Made by a program: the position numbers and the translations under genes
Source of the DNA: Verrucomicrobiota bacterium
GTDB taxonomy: Bacteria; Verrucomicrobiota; Verrucomicrobiia; Opitutales; Coraliomargaritaceae
DNA length: 64,000 nucleotides
Assembly: GCA_039815375.1 (NCBI GenBank)
Contig: JBCBZJ010000009.1
Location: 1 to 64,000 of the forward strand
Direction of reading: 5' to 3'
In this document: piece by piece, positions 51,601 to 62,279 of the stretch
How the letters are laid out: each line of letters begins with the position of its first letter
Position numbering within the stretch: position 1 is the first letter of the stretch
The notes under the pieces: model-generated
Seen by the model: the letters and a program-made list of their open reading frames with translations, nothing else
Databases searched by the model: none
Told to the model about the DNA's origin: nothing

Positions 51601-52910
51601 GGAAATCGAAGGTTTCGAGGTCGCTCTGTTTCCCTTGCTTTTGCTTTATATTGGTAATCGCTTTTCGAGTCAGGAAATTGAAGCTGATGTCGAAGAAAGG
51701 TGAGCGATTCGGTTGCCGCTCCGGCTTCAATTTCTCGACGAGCCAAGGGAAAGGCGCGTCGGCGTGATCCAGTGCTTCGCGGCTCTGCCGGGCGCTCAGG
51801 CGTAGCCACTGATCGAACGTATCCGTTGCTTCGGTTTTGACGGAGCGTATAATCACCGGATTGACGAAGTAGCCAACGGTCGAGGCATATTCGGCACGTC
51901 CACGTCCTGCTGAAAAAGAGCCCAGGATCAGATCGTCACGTCTGCTGTAGTCATGTAGTTGATAAGCAAATACAGAAAGAAAAAGTGAGAATTCGGAAAT
52001 ATTCTCTTCGCGTGCTATCCCGGAGAGCTGCGAGTGGATTTCTTCAGGGACGATGCTTCGGATAGAAAGGCCCTCAAAGGTGAGGGTCGGAGGCCGGGGG
52101 TGGTCTTGTGCAGGGAGTGTGATGGGGTGTGGTGGATCTGCCAGATTCTCCTGCCAGTAGGCGAAGTTTGCCGCGCCCTCGGGGCTGCGGAGCAATTCCT
52201 GCTCTTCGCGGGCATGATCGAAATAGGAATGTTTTTCCGGTTTGAGCTGCGGTTTATTGCCCGAGACAAGAGCATTTAGAATAGTATGCAGTTCCTGGCG
52301 TAGCACCTCTCGGGTACCATCCGTCACAGATGATGTGATGCATGGTGAAGAGCACGGTGCTGGGAGTGGTCCCGTCCTCGGAAAAGACCCTGAAGCGCAC
52401 GGCTGCACTGGTTTCCAGATCGAACGGTGCTTCGTGTGCTTTGCGGGCCGCTGCATCGCGTTCGTTCATCGTGCATTGAGACAGATCGCTCCAGGCGCAA
52501 TCCATGACTGCCGGATCGGTGCGCTGCTGAATCGGCTTCGTGGCATGAAGTGGAAACCGTGTGGAGAGCATGGGGTGGCGATCCAGGAGAATCCTGAAGC
52601 TCTCGATCCAGTTTTCATAGCTTGCACCGAGCGGCGAGGTCAGAGGGATCGATTGATTATAGGCGCTGCTCTCGGGGGCGAGTTTCCAGATGTACCAGAG
52701 GGCACGTTGGCCATAGGTCAGTGGATAGGCCGAAAGCTGGTACGGCTCGTTTTTTAGGATATGGAGCAGTTCGGATTTATACTCACGGATACGCGGTAGA
52801 ATCTCCTCCGTTGGCACGCTTTCCGGTGCCCTGAACTTGAGGCGATCCCCTTCCATCCAGAAGGACCAGCGCTCCAGGCTCAAATCGATAAAGAATTCAA
52901 GTGGACTCAT
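48692..52910 (-). pseudogene. NRPS (TubC-type docking-C-A-T-TE) with a 1-nt frameshift at about 52315
   Basis: HHIICDGW in ORF 52254-52910; YIIFTSGSTGRPK, YGPTE, YKTGD, GGHSL, GHSYGG in ORF 48692-52456. Confidence 0.88.
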
Positions 52911-55900
52911 ATTTCACCTTCTACCCACTGCGTTGCTGCACCTGCCGCGGAAAGTTGTAGCACTTCCGATTCTTTCTCGGTGGAATCGAGCGCTTCGGCG
53001 ACTAGTTGGATCAATCCCGACAGCTCCAAATCCTGAAGGTGTGGTGTCTGCTTCAATTCGATGAATAGGTCTTGTTGTAGCTGGATGCGAAGCGCCATAC
53101 TCATGATCGAGTCCATGCCCTGGGAGTTGAAATTTGCGCCTGGATCGACCGCGGAGGTAGATGAAAGACCAAGAATCGCAACGAGCACTTTGCGCAGATA
53201 GCGTTCGAGACGCCGGGAGCGTTCTTCGTCGTCAGCGCTGGCATTGAGCCATTCCAGGACGGACTCGGTCGACTCTTCGTTTTTGCGGTCCTTTGTCGCG
53301 CTCCATTGAGTTTCGGTGCAGCACATTTGCTCGAAGTAGAGGACCGGTTGCATGGAGCTGGTCTCACAAATGAGAATATCGACACTGAGCTTTGTCTCTG
53401 CGAATGTGTTCGGTGATTCGCGAACCTGAACGTGGTAGTCGCCCTGGGGTTCTGCATCGCCGAAGAGGATACTTGCCGCTTCTTCGGGGACAAAGAGCTT
53501 CCCCGGTGCTTTTTGTAAGATAAAAGCTCCCAGGGCTTGTGATGCAGCATCGAGCAAGGTGATCCACGGTCGATCGGGGTGGCTATCGGATGCAGGCGCA
53601 GGAATCGAGATTCTGGTCTGGATTGCTTCCGGCGAGCTGATGAGCTGCTGCATTGATTGCAGAGCAGGCGCAGTTTGAAAGCCTATCCGCTGGGAGCTTT
53701 CGTAATAAGTGTTCCCTTCCGTTGTCGTTTGCCCAGAGGCTGGTGTTGGCTTTGGCCATTGCTCCTGCGTATTCCAGGTAGCTGGCGAAGCAGGAAGATG
53801 GGCGGATGCGATGGTCTGCCAGCCAGCTTCCGGAGTGGGGCGCGCGAAAAGCGTTGCTTCAGCTGTTTCCGTATTTGGCTGGGTGATTTCGGTATGCAGT
53901 GTGCAGCTCTCTTCCGTTAACTCGACGGCATTAAGGAGGGTAAGGTCACGAATTTCGTAGGTTGCGCTTGTCTGGCAGACTTCCGCTGCCTTGCGAAGAA
54001 TGGCTAGAATGGCAGCATTGGGAAGGTAGGTCTTCCCTTGTATTTGCTGCTGCTTCCAGAATTTTGGCTGTGATCTGGAGCAGTGGGATTCAAAACGGCG
54101 GGAGTTCGCGGTGCCTGGCAGCGTGAGCGCTTCACCAAGCAGTGTTCGGTTGTTGATTGCTTTTCCGTTCGAACGACTCTTTGCCCTATCAGGTTCGATC
54201 CAGTAGCGTTCTTTTGCGAAGGGATAGCTGGGAAGAGTGGTTCGTTTGCCGGGGTGATGACGATGATAATTCTGCCAGTTCGGTAGATATCCTGCCTCGT
54301 AGAGCTGGCCGAGTGCTTCGATGATGTGATGGTCATCGTTTGTCCTCGGGTGCAAGCTGCTGACCATGCTTATTTTGCTGCACTCGGGTATGCCTTGAGC
54401 CAGATTGAGCAGGGTAGGCTTGGGTCCGAGTTCCAGAAACAGGCCACAGCCGTTTGCGACTACCTGTTGGAGGGAGGCTTCGAAGCGAACCGTGGCACGT
54501 ATCTGCTCGACCCAGTAGTCCGGTGTGGCGAAGGCTTGGCTTTCGAGTTGGCCGGTCATGCTGGAGATAACCGGGAGCGTGGGGGAATGGTAGCTTGTCT
54601 CTTGAGCGATGGTGCGGAATGGCTCAAGCATAGGATCCATCAACTCGGAATGAAATGCGTGTGAGACATGTAGTCGGGTGCATGCGACGGAACGTGCTTT
54701 CAGCAATTCGGATACTTGCTCGACTGTGCGAGTCAGACCTGAGAGCACGACGCTGTTTGCGGTGTTGACTGCTGCGACGGAGAGCTGCAGCTGGCTGTCC
54801 GACAACAACTCGAGAATAGTCGCTTCATCGGTTTCAACCGAGAGCATGGTGCCATTTTCTGGCAGAGACTGCATCAGTTGGCCACGATGTCGAACCATAC
54901 GCAGAGCGTCCTCCAGTGAGAAGACACCGGCAAGGCAGCAGGCGGCATACTCGCCGATGCTATGTCCGAGAAGGGTATCGGGTTCGATGCCCCAGTGGGC
55001 CCAAAGTTTGCCGAGTGCGTACTGTAGCGCGAAGAGGCAGGGCTGCGCGAATTCAGTGCGATGAATGCTTGTGCTTTCTGCAGACTCGTTTTCCCCACTT
55101 CTCCGAATCGTCTCGAGTATTGAATATCCCTGAGATTGCGCGATGGCCTCGCATGCGTCGATTGTGGCGCGAAAGATAGGCTCTGTTTGATACAGTCCGT
55201 ATCCCATTTTTGGATACTGGGAGCCCTGTCCTGTAAAAAGGAAGGCGAGTTGTGGTCGGTATGGTTCCACTCTTTTTGCGGGTGCTTCCATCTGCTGACC
55301 GATTCGTTCCGCTGCTTCCTTACGTGAACGGATCGCATAGGCTTCGCGATAGGCAAAATGAGAACGCCCGAGATTGCTCGTCTGGCAGATGTCTTCCAGC
55401 GGCTTGCCAGAGTGCGAGAGGAAAGCCCTGTAGCGTTCGCGCATTTGATTGAGGGCACTCGGTGTCTTCGCGGAAAGGGTAAGTAAATGAGAACGGCGGC
55501 GCAGCTCGGACACATGATCCGCCGAGGCATTGGGGATGCCCCCTCTATGCTCCGATAAAATAACGTGTGCGTTGGTGCCACTGATGCCAAATGAGCTGAC
55601 GCCGATGGACTGATTTGGCGCAAAGGTATCCCAGCATACGCTCTCCTGACATACCTCGATGGGTAGTGTTTCCCAATCGATATGGGGGTTCGGTTGCTCG
55701 AAGTGAAGTCCGGGCAGGAATTGGCGTTTCTGTAGCTGGAGTGTCGCCTTAATCAGGCCCGCTATGCCTGCGGCTGCCTCGAGGTGACCAATGTAGCTTT
55801 TGATCGAGCTGACCAGAAGCGGCGATGAAGAGCTATGTGAACGGGCGAAAATCTCTCCGAGGGCCTGAGCCTCGATGGGGTCACCGAGGGAAGTGCCGGT

Positions 55901-58516
55901 TCCGTGGGCTTCTATACCGATGATCTGTTCTGCATCGACCTGACTGTTACGCAAAGCCTGGCGGATGACATCGCGCTGGGCCAATCCACTCGGAACAGTC
56001 AATCCGCTGGTATGGCCATTGTGATTGACCGCGGAACCTTCGATTGTGGCGAGAACTTGATCTCCGTCCTCGAGAGCTTGTTGCAGTGGCTTCAGGATGA
56101 CGATGCCGCAACCTTCTCCGCGAACATAACCGTTTGCGGCCGCATCAAAGCTTCGGCAGCGTGCCTGGGGCGATAGGGCATGTGCCTGGCTCAGGTAGAT
56201 CGAACTTTCGGGAGAGGTCAGCAGTTGAACCCCGCCGACAATTGCGGTTCGGCAGCTTCCGTCCCGTATGCTTTGGCAGGCTTGATGGACTGCGACGAGT
56301 GATGAGGAACAGGCGGTGTCGACGGCTACGCACGGTCCTTGAATGCCGAGGAAGTAGGACAGGCGTCCGGCCGCGGTGAAATGCGCATTGCCGGTGCCAA
56401 TATAGCCTTTCTCGTGCAGGCGCTGATCCATATCCAGTCGATGCGCATAGTCCGCATGACTGATGCCGACGAAAACACCGGTTTGCGAGCCATGTAGCGT
56501 ACGTGGTGCGATGCCGGCATGTTCGAGGGCCTCCCAAGTGACTTCGAGTAGCCAGCGCTGCTGAGGGTCTAGGGAGATTGCTTCCTTGGGCGAGAGTTCG
56601 AAGAAGCCGGAATCAAAGCCGGCGATATCTTCGATAAAACCACCCTGGCTCAGATAGGCTTCCTCCGGGGGGATGCTCCATCGGTTTTTGGGAACGGAAC
56701 GGATCGCGTCTGTGCCTTCGCTGAGTTGTTCCCAGAGTTCTTCTGTTGTGCTGGCTTCTCCGGGGAAGCGGCAGGCCATGCCAATGATGGCGATTGCTTC
56801 ATTTTCTGAAGATGGATCTGCCTCACCCGAAACATTTTCCTGAATCGATGCTGCTTGAACGCCCGGTGCTTTCAACTGTGCGATGTATCTACCAAGTGCC
56901 TGGGGAGTTTGATAGCTGAAAAGTAGTGGGGCTGCAATCGATACGTCCAGCTGTTGATTGAGCTCGTCCACCATACGAACTGCATCAATTGAATTGAGGC
57001 CGAGCTGGAAGAAGCCCAGTTCGGGATTGAGACTTCCGCTTTCATCCAGTTCGAGAATGTTACGGATGGTCGCAAGTATGGTCCCGGTAAACTGCTCGCT
57101 GAGCTGCCGTTGGGGAATGCGCCCTAAGTTTGGGGCGGATGCTTTATCCTTTATTTCGGTTTGCTTCGGATTTTGGGAATCAAGAAAAGGAGCGGAGCGG
57201 AGGGCTTGGCAAAAATTCGCTACGTCCACTGGGTAGTTGCGGACGAAAAGAGTGGCGACAAAAGTCAAAAGTTGCTCGATGCCGGGTTTGTTTTCCAGAC
57301 TTGTGGCCTGTGCGAAGCAGCCCTTGCCTCGCAGAGTATCCCGAACGAAACCAGTCAGACGTCCACCAGGGCCAACTTCCAGGAAATGAGTTATGCCGTC
57401 CCGATGCAGTTGTTTGAGAGTCTTTACGAAACATACCGGAGTCAGCCATTGCTCGATCAATTCCTTCATCAGTTCGGTGCTTTCAGAACCGAGACGCTGA
57501 CCGGTTGAGCAGCTGTAGACTGGTGTCCGGGGGCCCAGCAAATCAAGCTCGGCATAGGCCTCGCTCAAAGCCTGCCGTGTGATAGGAAGCCGTTCGCTAT
57601 GTGCAGGAAAGTCCATACCCGACAAAATAGCGGCGGTCTCACCATGAGAGGACAGTCCTCGAATCAGCTCGGGAAGTTCTTCATTCTTAAGACAGTAGAT
57701 ACTCTGCTGCGGGCAGTTGTCCTTGGTCAGCGTGAGCGAGGGAAAAGTCGAAGCGTCCAGGTCCTCCAAAGTATTCCTTGCCGATGCCGTAAGGATCGCC
57801 ATAGCCCAGTCGTCGTTGGAACCATCTTCAACCTGCAGTTGACTTGCGAGTGTTTGGAAAAGTTCGAATATCGGTTCAACCTCCGAGACGTAGCCACCAG
57901 CGTAAAGGCAGGTCGCCTCACCGATACTATGGCCCGTGACGACGTCCGGAGAGATTCCGAGAACTTCGGTTAGTAGGTAGTAACATGCGAGGTTGCTGAG
58001 AACAATGCTATCGATATGATGCAGATACTTGCGTTGCAGCTTATGAAGCGGCTGCGCGGCTCCTTGATTCTTTGTGCGACGATACGGAAACAGGCTTGGA
58101 TTAGCTTGAAAACGTTCCTGCAGCTCAGGACTCAGACTGGCGAACCAAGCCTCAATTTGAGGGAAATGTCGGTGCAGGTCGTCAAAAAGACTCGGGTGTT
58201 CCGCACCAAAGCCGGGAAATAGGAAGGCTGTTTTGGGTGGAGGATCGGCCGTGTAGCGATAGAAGATCGAGGTGCCAATGGTGAAGCTGGCCTTTTCACT
58301 TTTACTCAGGCGCTCGATGGCCTGGGCTCTAAGCCTGTTCAACTCTGTCGGCGAATCCGCGATCAATGCCAGCCGATGGCTTCCGCTTCCCGGATCGCTC
58401 ACTGCATCCTCGCTGCCTGACTCGATCAGCTGGAGCAGGGAGATCTTACTCTCTGCGGCATAGGTAAAGAGGCGTTGCTTGCTAAGCCTTCGTGAAAACA
58501 TGCCAAGCTTACTCAT
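52907..58516 (-). CDS. Type I PKS: AT-ACP-KS-AT-degenerate DH-ACP
   Basis: AT GHSIG/FPAHS; ACP LGLNS; KS DTACSSS, HGTGT, IGHL; AT GHSIG/HAFHS; ACP GMDS; C-terminal WVEGEI. Confidence 0.92.
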   Translation of the reverse strand: MSKLGMFSRRLSKQRLFTYAAESKISLLQLIESGSEDAVSDPGSGSHRLALIADSPTELNRLRAQAIERLSKSEKASFTIGTSIFYRYTADPPPKTAFLFPGFGAEHPSLFDDLHRHFPQIEAWFASLSPELQERFQANPSLFPYRRTKNQGAAQPLHKLQRKYLHHIDSIVLSNLACYYLLTEVLGISPDVVTGHSIGEATCLYAGGYVSEVEPIFELFQTLASQLQVEDGSNDDWAMAILTASARNTLEDLDASTFPSLTLTKDNCPQQSIYCLKNEELPELIRGLSSHGETAAILSGMDFPAHSERLPITRQALSEAYAELDLLGPRTPVYSCSTGQRLGSESTELMKELIEQWLTPVCFVKTLKQLHRDGITHFLEVGPGGRLTGFVRDTLRGKGCFAQATSLENKPGIEQLLTFVATLFVRNYPVDVANFCQALRSAPFLDSQNPKQTEIKDKASAPNLGRIPQRQLSEQFTGTILATIRNILELDESGSLNPELGFFQLGLNSIDAVRMVDELNQQLDVSIAAPLLFSYQTPQALGRYIAQLKAPGVQAASIQENVSGEADPSSENEAIAIIGMACRFPGEASTTEELWEQLSEGTDAIRSVPKNRWSIPPEEAYLSQGGFIEDIAGFDSGFFELSPKEAISLDPQQRWLLEVTWEALEHAGIAPRTLHGSQTGVFVGISHADYAHRLDMDQRLHEKGYIGTGNAHFTAAGRLSYFLGIQGPCVAVDTACSSSLVAVHQACQSIRDGSCRTAIVGGVQLLTSPESSIYLSQAHALSPQARCRSFDAAANGYVRGEGCGIVILKPLQQALEDGDQVLATIEGSAVNHNGHTSGLTVPSGLAQRDVIRQALRNSQVDAEQIIGIEAHGTGTSLGDPIEAQALGEIFARSHSSSSPLLVSSIKSYIGHLEAAAGIAGLIKATLQLQKRQFLPGLHFEQPNPHIDWETLPIEVCQESVCWDTFAPNQSIGVSSFGISGTNAHVILSEHRGGIPNASADHVSELRRRSHLLTLSAKTPSALNQMRERYRAFLSHSGKPLEDICQTSNLGRSHFAYREAYAIRSRKEAAERIGQQMEAPAKRVEPYRPQLAFLFTGQGSQYPKMGYGLYQTEPIFRATIDACEAIAQSQGYSILETIRRSGENESAESTSIHRTEFAQPCLFALQYALGKLWAHWGIEPDTLLGHSIGEYAACCLAGVFSLEDALRMVRHRGQLMQSLPENGTMLSVETDEATILELLSDSQLQLSVAAVNTANSVVLSGLTRTVEQVSELLKARSVACTRLHVSHAFHSELMDPMLEPFRTIAQETSYHSPTLPVISSMTGQLESQAFATPDYWVEQIRATVRFEASLQQVVANGCGLFLELGPKPTLLNLAQGIPECSKISMVSSLHPRTNDDHHIIEALGQLYEAGYLPNWQNYHRHHPGKRTTLPSYPFAKERYWIEPDRAKSRSNGKAINNRTLLGEALTLPGTANSRRFESHCSRSQPKFWKQQQIQGKTYLPNAAILAILRKAAEVCQTSATYEIRDLTLLNAVELTEESCTLHTEITQPNTETAEATLFARPTPEAGWQTIASAHLPASPATWNTQEQWPKPTPASGQTTTEGNTYYESSQRIGFQTAPALQSMQQLISSPEAIQTRISIPAPASDSHPDRPWITLLDAASQALGAFILQKAPGKLFVPEEAASILFGDAEPQGDYHVQVRESPNTFAETKLSVDILICETSSMQPVLYFEQMCCTETQWSATKDRKNEESTESVLEWLNASADDEERSRRLERYLRKVLVAILGLSSTSAVDPGANFNSQGMDSIMSMALRIQLQQDLFIELKQTPHLQDLELSGLIQLVAEALDSTEKESEVLQLSAAGAATQWVEGEI

Positions 58517-58777
58517 TTCGGGATTTGATTTTTAGGATCATTCCATGAAAGCCTTTTGAAATTTTTGTTAGCATACGTTTGTTTTACAATCTACTTGCCT
58601 TTTCAAAATATTGTTTGCTCTTTAGTCAAGGGTTCGAAAATTTCTATTTCAAACGCCTGATATACCAGACAAAACAATGATTCTACCGGAAGCAGGTTAA
58701 GTCTTTGATCCGTGGAGTTATCTGTCCCGTTCAGGGACTTTTTTAATTAAATCAATACCACTAAACGAAACATCAAA

Positions 58778-59083
58778 ATGATCAGAGAAAAGAACGATAT
58801 ACTTGTGACAATTTCCGGGATTCTGACGACAATGCTGGAAGACATGGGTATCGAGGAGGAGATTGAGACTGGTTCCAAACTTGTTGAGGACCTGGGATTT
58901 TCATCGGTAGATTCCCTGCACATTATGGCATCAATTGATATGGAATTGGGTAAAAAATTGCCTTACGAAAAATTGGTTTTACGTGGAGGCCAATATGTAA
59001 GCGATCTGACGGTTCAGGAATTAGCTGATTTTGTCTACGACACACAGGATCGCGAAGACCCTGAGCCAATGAAGATGTCGTAG
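58778..59083 (+). CDS. Stand-alone acyl carrier protein
   Basis: 101 aa, acidic, LVEDLGFSSVD phosphopantetheine site, LTVQELADFV. Confidence 0.85.
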   Translation: MIREKNDILVTISGILTTMLEDMGIEEEIETGSKLVEDLGFSSVDSLHIMASIDMELGKKLPYEKLVLRGGQYVSDLTVQELADFVYDTQDREDPEPMKMS

Positions 59084-59084
59084 C

Positions 59085-60260
59085 GTGAGTACACGCCCTC
59101 CTCGTCTTGCGCTCTATTGTCATAACCTTTGGGGCCTGGGGCACATCGCCCGTTCGGTGCGTATTGCTGATGCGGCGGTTGAGCTGCTCAACGCAGACTG
59201 CGCAATCGTAACCGGTTGTCGCTGTTTGAATGCCAGTGGGCTCAAGATTCAGGATTCCATACACATTGAGTCCCTGCCTCCTGCGCAGTTCGACAATGTC
59301 GGTCGTTTCTTTGAATATGGGAACCCGGATAATACGCAGATACTACAACAGCGTGCTGAGCAGATCCTCACTTTTTTAAGAGAGTGGGGGGCAGATGTGG
59401 TTATTGTGGACAACCTGCCGCTCGGCCTGGGAGGCGAAATGATCGAGGCATTGAATGCAGCGACTCTGGAGTCGTGGCCAACCCGCTTTGTTTGGGGGAT
59501 GCCCTATCCGGAATGCGAGGGTAAGACGAATCGTCCGCCCCGTAATCCCAAGATCATTCGTTCTTTTGAACGTTACGATTTGGCGATCGCTTACACGGAA
59601 GAGTCCTGGTTGCCGGTTTTTCCGGAATATCAGGCCTATGGGCTTCCGGAACGACAGGACTATGTCGGTATGGTTGCGCCTCGCCTGGCTACGACGCCAC
59701 CTTCGGAGGTTCCGTTGATTGCGGTTATGGCTGGCGGTGGCCGTGAAAGCCACGTTGTGCTTGAGTGGACGGTAGCCGGGCTGCGTCCCCAACTGGAGGA
59801 TGGGAGTCTGCAACTCAGAATACTGGTCGGACCCCTTGGCGACTGGGAACGGGCGGAGCACTTGGTTGAGGGACTGCGAGGGGTTGAGCTTCTCTCTGAA
59901 GCATCGATGGACGAAGTCATCAATGGTGCCCATGTCGTCGTCTCCCGCATGGGATACAACTCAACCTTCTCTTTGCTGCAAACGGAGATTCCGCTGGTCT
60001 TTGTGCCTTTGCCGACTCGCGATGACGAGCAAACCAATCGTGGCGAGCGTGTGAAGTGTCTTGACCGTATTTGGGTGATTGACCAGCGAGCGGACGAGGC
60101 GGATCGTTCCTTGATCGGTGCTTTGAAGTCTGCACTGTCTGCACCGCGGTCGCCGCGCTCCCTGCCGTTTTCCTTATCCGGTGCTCAGCAAACGGCTCGG
60201 TGGGTCCAGCGCCTCACCCAAGAGGCTCGGGATCTTGAGTTGGAGGACTTGCGTCTGTAA
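59085..60260 (+). CDS. GT-B glycosyltransferase (COG4671-like, GT28 C-terminal)
   Basis: YCHNLWGLGHIAR, AGGGR, SRMGYNS, EQ..R. Confidence 0.85.
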   Translation: MSTRPPRLALYCHNLWGLGHIARSVRIADAAVELLNADCAIVTGCRCLNASGLKIQDSIHIESLPPAQFDNVGRFFEYGNPDNTQILQQRAEQILTFLREWGADVVIVDNLPLGLGGEMIEALNAATLESWPTRFVWGMPYPECEGKTNRPPRNPKIIRSFERYDLAIAYTEESWLPVFPEYQAYGLPERQDYVGMVAPRLATTPPSEVPLIAVMAGGGRESHVVLEWTVAGLRPQLEDGSLQLRILVGPLGDWERAEHLVEGLRGVELLSEASMDEVINGAHVVVSRMGYNSTFSLLQTEIPLVFVPLPTRDDEQTNRGERVKCLDRIWVIDQRADEADRSLIGALKSALSAPRSPRSLPFSLSGAQQTARWVQRLTQEARDLELEDLRL

Positions 60261-60291
60261 TCTGTGGCTTGATCGTCGCTCGCGAGGGAGC

Positions 60292-61029
60292 TCACCAGTT
60301 ATGGTCTTTCGCATAGCTGTAGCGTATCAGCATCTCTCCGGCAACTTGTTTGAAGGCACTCTTCTCCCCGTCACTCATACGCTCCCATTTTCCTCGGGCA
60401 TCATAGACCGGCTGATTGATCTGCCAGTTTCGGTAGCGGTCGTGATTATCGCCTTTGCCGTCAGGTGGGCGTTCGATGGTGTTGGCGTAGTAATACTTTT
60501 TCTCGGTGTGGTAGTTGAAGACGGCTTCGTCGTATGGGAGTTCGAGAAAACTGAGAATATCTTCGAGAGTGGCCTGATAGGACTCGATGAGTGATTCGTA
60601 GTGAACGATGTGCACGCCGGGGCTGTCCCAGTAGGGTTCGGCGGCGAGGTTGTCTTTATACCAGCGGTTGATGCCCATGTCCAAGTTGTCGTAACGGTCC
60701 TGTAAGGAGCAAGCAACGTCACGGCCGTCTCGGATCATCAGAAGAATCTTCGCGTTGGGACGTAGCTTGAGCAGCTTCGGGATACAGTGAATGTGGCGCG
60801 GGCTCTTTTCGATCCATCGGCGGAGGGACCGATCACTGGTTTCCTGGTCGAATCGTGCCATATGCTTTTCGGCATTGGGCACGAAGCCGACATTGGTCTC
60901 TTGCTCGATTGTATAGAGCTGGTTGTGCGAACCGATGATGGAGAGCAGAAGGCTGGTTCCGCTGTGTCCGCAACCGACGATAAAGATGGGCGGATCGACT
61001 TTGGTAGGCGTGAGCGTGCTTTCTTCCAC
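60292..61029 (-). CDS. Sulfotransferase
   Basis: IFIVGCGHSGTSLL, EKSP, RDGRDVACS, HYESL. Confidence 0.88.
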   Translation of the reverse strand: MEESTLTPTKVDPPIFIVGCGHSGTSLLLSIIGSHNQLYTIEQETNVGFVPNAEKHMARFDQETSDRSLRRWIEKSPRHIHCIPKLLKLRPNAKILLMIRDGRDVACSLQDRYDNLDMGINRWYKDNLAAEPYWDSPGVHIVHYESLIESYQATLEDILSFLELPYDEAVFNYHTEKKYYYANTIERPPDGKGDNHDRYRNWQINQPVYDARGKWERMSDGEKSAFKQVAGEMLIRYSYAKDHNW

Positions 61030-61040
61030 GGTCTGACTTC

Positions 61041-62279
61041 TCAGTTTGCGAGGACGGCCTGCTGTGATTGGCGGAAGCGTTGGCTAGTGGCTTCAACCGC
61101 GGTTTTCACCTTCTCCATTTCACTTTCGGGTAGGACGACCGGAGCAGGGAGGGTGATGAGGCGCGGCACGATGGTTTCGGCAACTTCGCAGCGATGTGGA
61201 ACGACCTTTTGTTCCGCACCCGGCCACTGGTATGGGGCCTGGTGTTGAAGCAATGGCCAGTAGTGATTGGGCTCGACCGGAAGACCGCCGGCACGAAGGC
61301 TCTCTTCGATCATTTGGATTGGCGTGTCGCCCCATTCTTCCTGTGGCACCTGAAAGACGAGGCGCCAGTAGACCCGTTCGTCGCCCGTCCGGACCTTCTG
61401 CGGTCGGAAACCGTTTGCCTCAAAAAGGGTTTCGATTTCCCGGCAGGTCGCTTGCAGGCGTTTCTTTTTTGCATCGAAGCGTTTGATCTGTGGCGTTGCC
61501 AGAGCGAGTCCGGCGATGTGCGGACGAAGCTTTAGACCGACCGCATCCGAAGTCCACTCAAAGGTCTTGATGTCCTGTGCGGCCCGTTTGACATGGCCCA
61601 GCACAACCATCTTATCGCGAAGTTCGGGATTGTTGGTTACCGCTGCACCCAGTTCGCCGCCCGTGATCAGCTTGCGCATCCCAAGCGAGTAGCAAGTGAT
61701 ATCGGCCCAGTGCCCAAGCGGCTTGCCCTGATGAGTTGCTCCATGGGCGTGGGAGGCGTCGGAAATGATGGGCAAGTCAGTTGCGCGACGAATGGCTTCG
61801 ATCCCGGCGGGCACACCCCATGGATGATGAAGGAGCACGGCTTTGCTGCGCGTGGTCAAGCGGCTCGCAATCGTCTCGGGGTCGAGGGCCAGAGTTTCGG
61901 GATCCATATCGCAGGGGACCAGATGAGCCCCCAGAGTGGAAATTGCGGCAGCAACGCCGTGATAGCCATAGTCACAGGCCAGCACTTCATCGCCCGGGCC
62001 AATACCCAGTGCCCAAAGTGCGGCATAGAGGGAAGCGGTGCCGTTATTGAAGGCGACGCAATGAGAAGCCCCGGCAAACTGGGCGAACTTGCGCTCGAAC
62101 TGGTTGAGTAGCCCTCCATGCGGGACGGTCAAAGTCCCCCTGAGGAGCTGCTTGCTCAGGTTTTCAACATCCTTCTCTTCGACGTCCTGCCAACCGCCAT
62201 ACCATTTCTGGATACCTGAAAGTGCATCCAGCGATCCGTTTGCCGGAATCGTTGACTGACTAGGCAGTGATGAGTTCAT
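61041..62279 (-). CDS. DegT/DnrJ/EryC1/StrS sugar aminotransferase
   Basis: FERKFA, NNGTASL, DASHAHGA, SLGMRKLITGGELG. Confidence 0.9.
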   Translation of the reverse strand: MNSSLPSQSTIPANGSLDALSGIQKWYGGWQDVEEKDVENLSKQLLRGTLTVPHGGLLNQFERKFAQFAGASHCVAFNNGTASLYAALWALGIGPGDEVLACDYGYHGVAAAISTLGAHLVPCDMDPETLALDPETIASRLTTRSKAVLLHHPWGVPAGIEAIRRATDLPIISDASHAHGATHQGKPLGHWADITCYSLGMRKLITGGELGAAVTNNPELRDKMVVLGHVKRAAQDIKTFEWTSDAVGLKLRPHIAGLALATPQIKRFDAKKKRLQATCREIETLFEANGFRPQKVRTGDERVYWRLVFQVPQEEWGDTPIQMIEESLRAGGLPVEPNHYWPLLQHQAPYQWPGAEQKVVPHRCEVAETIVPRLITLPAPVVLPESEMEKVKTAVEATSQRFRQSQQAVLAN

